Of a stretch of DNA of 64,000 bases, positions 62,117-64,000 are shown one piece after another; position 1 is the first letter of the stretch; each line of letters starts with the position of its first letter. A program made the position numbers and the translations under genes. Under the pieces are notes generated by a model that was given only the letters and a program-made list of their open reading frames with translations, had not been told where the DNA came from and did no database searches. The DNA is from Folioceros fuciformis (lineage: Eukaryota), in assembly GCA_049999805.1 (NCBI GenBank), contig JBNGIO010006030.1, positions 1-64,000 of the forward strand, given 5' to 3'.

Positions 62117-64000
62117 GCCGCAGCGTCAACAACTTACTCCACTGGTGCTGCAAGCACCAGAAATCACACTCACCCCAATCCGTGCATCGATCTAGCCTGG
62201 CCTATTGGTCTCCGACCCAAGCAGCCCTGTACATTTCTAGTAACAGGTGCTCCTTGCGGGCCTGGAATCAGGGTGCCAGAGACCCTCTGCAACACCGAGT
62301 GAAGACACATTGCCAGCTTAACCAAGAAACAGCTGTGCTGCTTCTTGCAGATCGAACTCAATTGGCGGCTTACCGCCTCAGTAAAACGTAAGACATGGTC
62401 CCAATGTATTGCGCGACAAAGATCCCAAATTATCGCCGCTAGGCATGTCAAATTCATCCGCCGGCCCCACCACTTCCAAATTCTCCACACTAGGATGGGC
62501 CATCGCACAACCAGTCAATTTTCAGCATAAAACACCTCGGCTGCCTCTTTTCCCGCGAGACGTCTCGCAGCAAGCAAAACGTTCTCAACATGTTCCAACC
62601 TGAATCCCCGCCAACGCACCGAATGCGTCGACACCGCTCACACCCTCGCAACCCTCTCCAGCCCGGAGCCTCGTACCCTGTGGCGTGCAAGGATTCCCGC
62701 CACAATCGCCCCTAACCTCACATGGTGACCCCGTGTCACATCCAGGCAGCAATAAGCCTGCCCGATCCGCACACCGACGGTGACCACCCACACAGCACTA
62801 AAACACATTCCAGCTCGATGAAAACGCACGCCCCTCGCATCCAGCAACAACCCTGCACCCAAATCCCCAGGATCCCAACCCAGAATTCCACCTCCCAATC
62901 CTCCTGGACGGAGAAGCTATGCCATCACCCTTCCACATCATTCGCTCCCAAGTCACTTTCCCCTCCTGCATCCCAACTTCGGTGGGCGGGAAGACCAGGC
63001 CCTCATGCCCCACCACAATACGGACTAAAATCACAAGGCCCACAGCCCTCCACTCCCATACGGCGTAGTCCCAAGACGCGGCTGCTCCAGCATGCACGCA
63101 GTAGTGGGTCTCAAGGACGAAGCCCCGGCACCCGGAAGTTGGTACCACCTTGCTGGCACGGCAGCCTACTCATACACGAGTCCAAGTGGGAAGAAGGACA
63201 TGTGCTGGTAGCCGCACATACAAGATAGCCGTGGATTGGGGAATCGATGCCACTCCCTATCCCACCCAAATACACACATACACATCCATTCACGAGAGGC
63301 AGAGGAATCCTGAGGAATTCCGAATCCCCCAATCCTGGGGCCTGGTCAGGAGCGTCGGGCCTTGAAAGCCGGGCCTTCGTATGTACAGTACACACATACT
63401 TGCAAGACCAGTTCAAGTGTGCGCCGTGTGCGTACGTACAACACATGCATGGCGCAAGAGGACAGGCGCTCCAGTCTGCCACAGCTCCAGATGCTGATGC
63501 AGGGCGCAGAATGTGGGGCCAGGCCCCGCTCCCCAGCAGCGGCCAGTGCAAAGTGGGCCCTGGCCCTCCCTACCGACAGCTCTTGCCCAGCAGCGCTTGC
63601 CTCGCGGTCCGACCCAGAACTCCATCGCTTCCCCTCCCTGCCCCTGCTAAGCCGAGCTTCCAGCTCTCGGCTCGCCTTCCAAAGCCAGCCAGCCGCAGTC
63701 TACGGCCCCTGCTTCCCTGCATTTCGCCGGCTTCCTCTCAGTCCACCGGGCCCGCCTATGCGGCCTTGCACGAGCCGCTCCGCCTCCTACAGGGCCACCG
63801 CTGCGGGGCCACATCACCCACCTCGTCTAGAGACGTTTCCTCCTTCAGGCAGCGTCGGGGGCGGCCATCTCCATGGCGGAAGCAGCTCTGCCTCCCGTAT
63901 GGAGAGCGAGGTAACGAAGACACGGGTAGTCTCGGACCTGGACTTGCAAGCTGTATCAGACCCAGCTCGGCCAAGAAGTGCACAATGCAGGCTCTCAATG

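Noticed and set aside
62170-64000. ORFs upstream of the PPR as the missing WDR7 N-terminus or a new gene
   Set aside because: No WD40-like residues were found, the ORFs look like GC-rich shadow frames, and the window edge limits interpretation.

Overview
Eukaryotic nuclear DNA from a land plant with a compact genome and short (~80-150 bp) GT-AG introns. It is probably a non-seed plant with flagellated sperm, most likely a hornwort; this is inferred from long-L-motif PPRs, a MORN2-like gene and intron sizes. 1-9 kb is repeat-rich: an LTR with tRNA-iMet PBS, a decayed Ty1/copia gag-pol, a ~760-bp foldback, an ~808-bp tandem duplication, a minisatellite and a solo LTR with TSD. 9-16 kb is an accessory island. 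It holds a TORNADO1-like LRR-Roc-COR gene whose C-terminus is replaced by an animal-type (C14A) caspase domain with an intact His-Cys dyad and both S1 arginines, followed by a BTB-BACK-SPRY gene that shares its 5' intron/exon start. The LRR/COR part carries frameshifts and stops, whereas the caspase frame is open. 16-62 kb is ordinary gene-dense plant DNA: PGM-like, KCBP/ZWICHEL kinesin, MORN protein, canopy-like, phytochelatin synthase, alpha/beta hydrolase, RS-type SR protein, HOZ-like, BTB At1g63850-like, class III peroxidase, and a PLS-PPR separated by a single TGA from an in-frame WDR7-like fragment. All homologies are recognised from motifs by eye; no database search was run.
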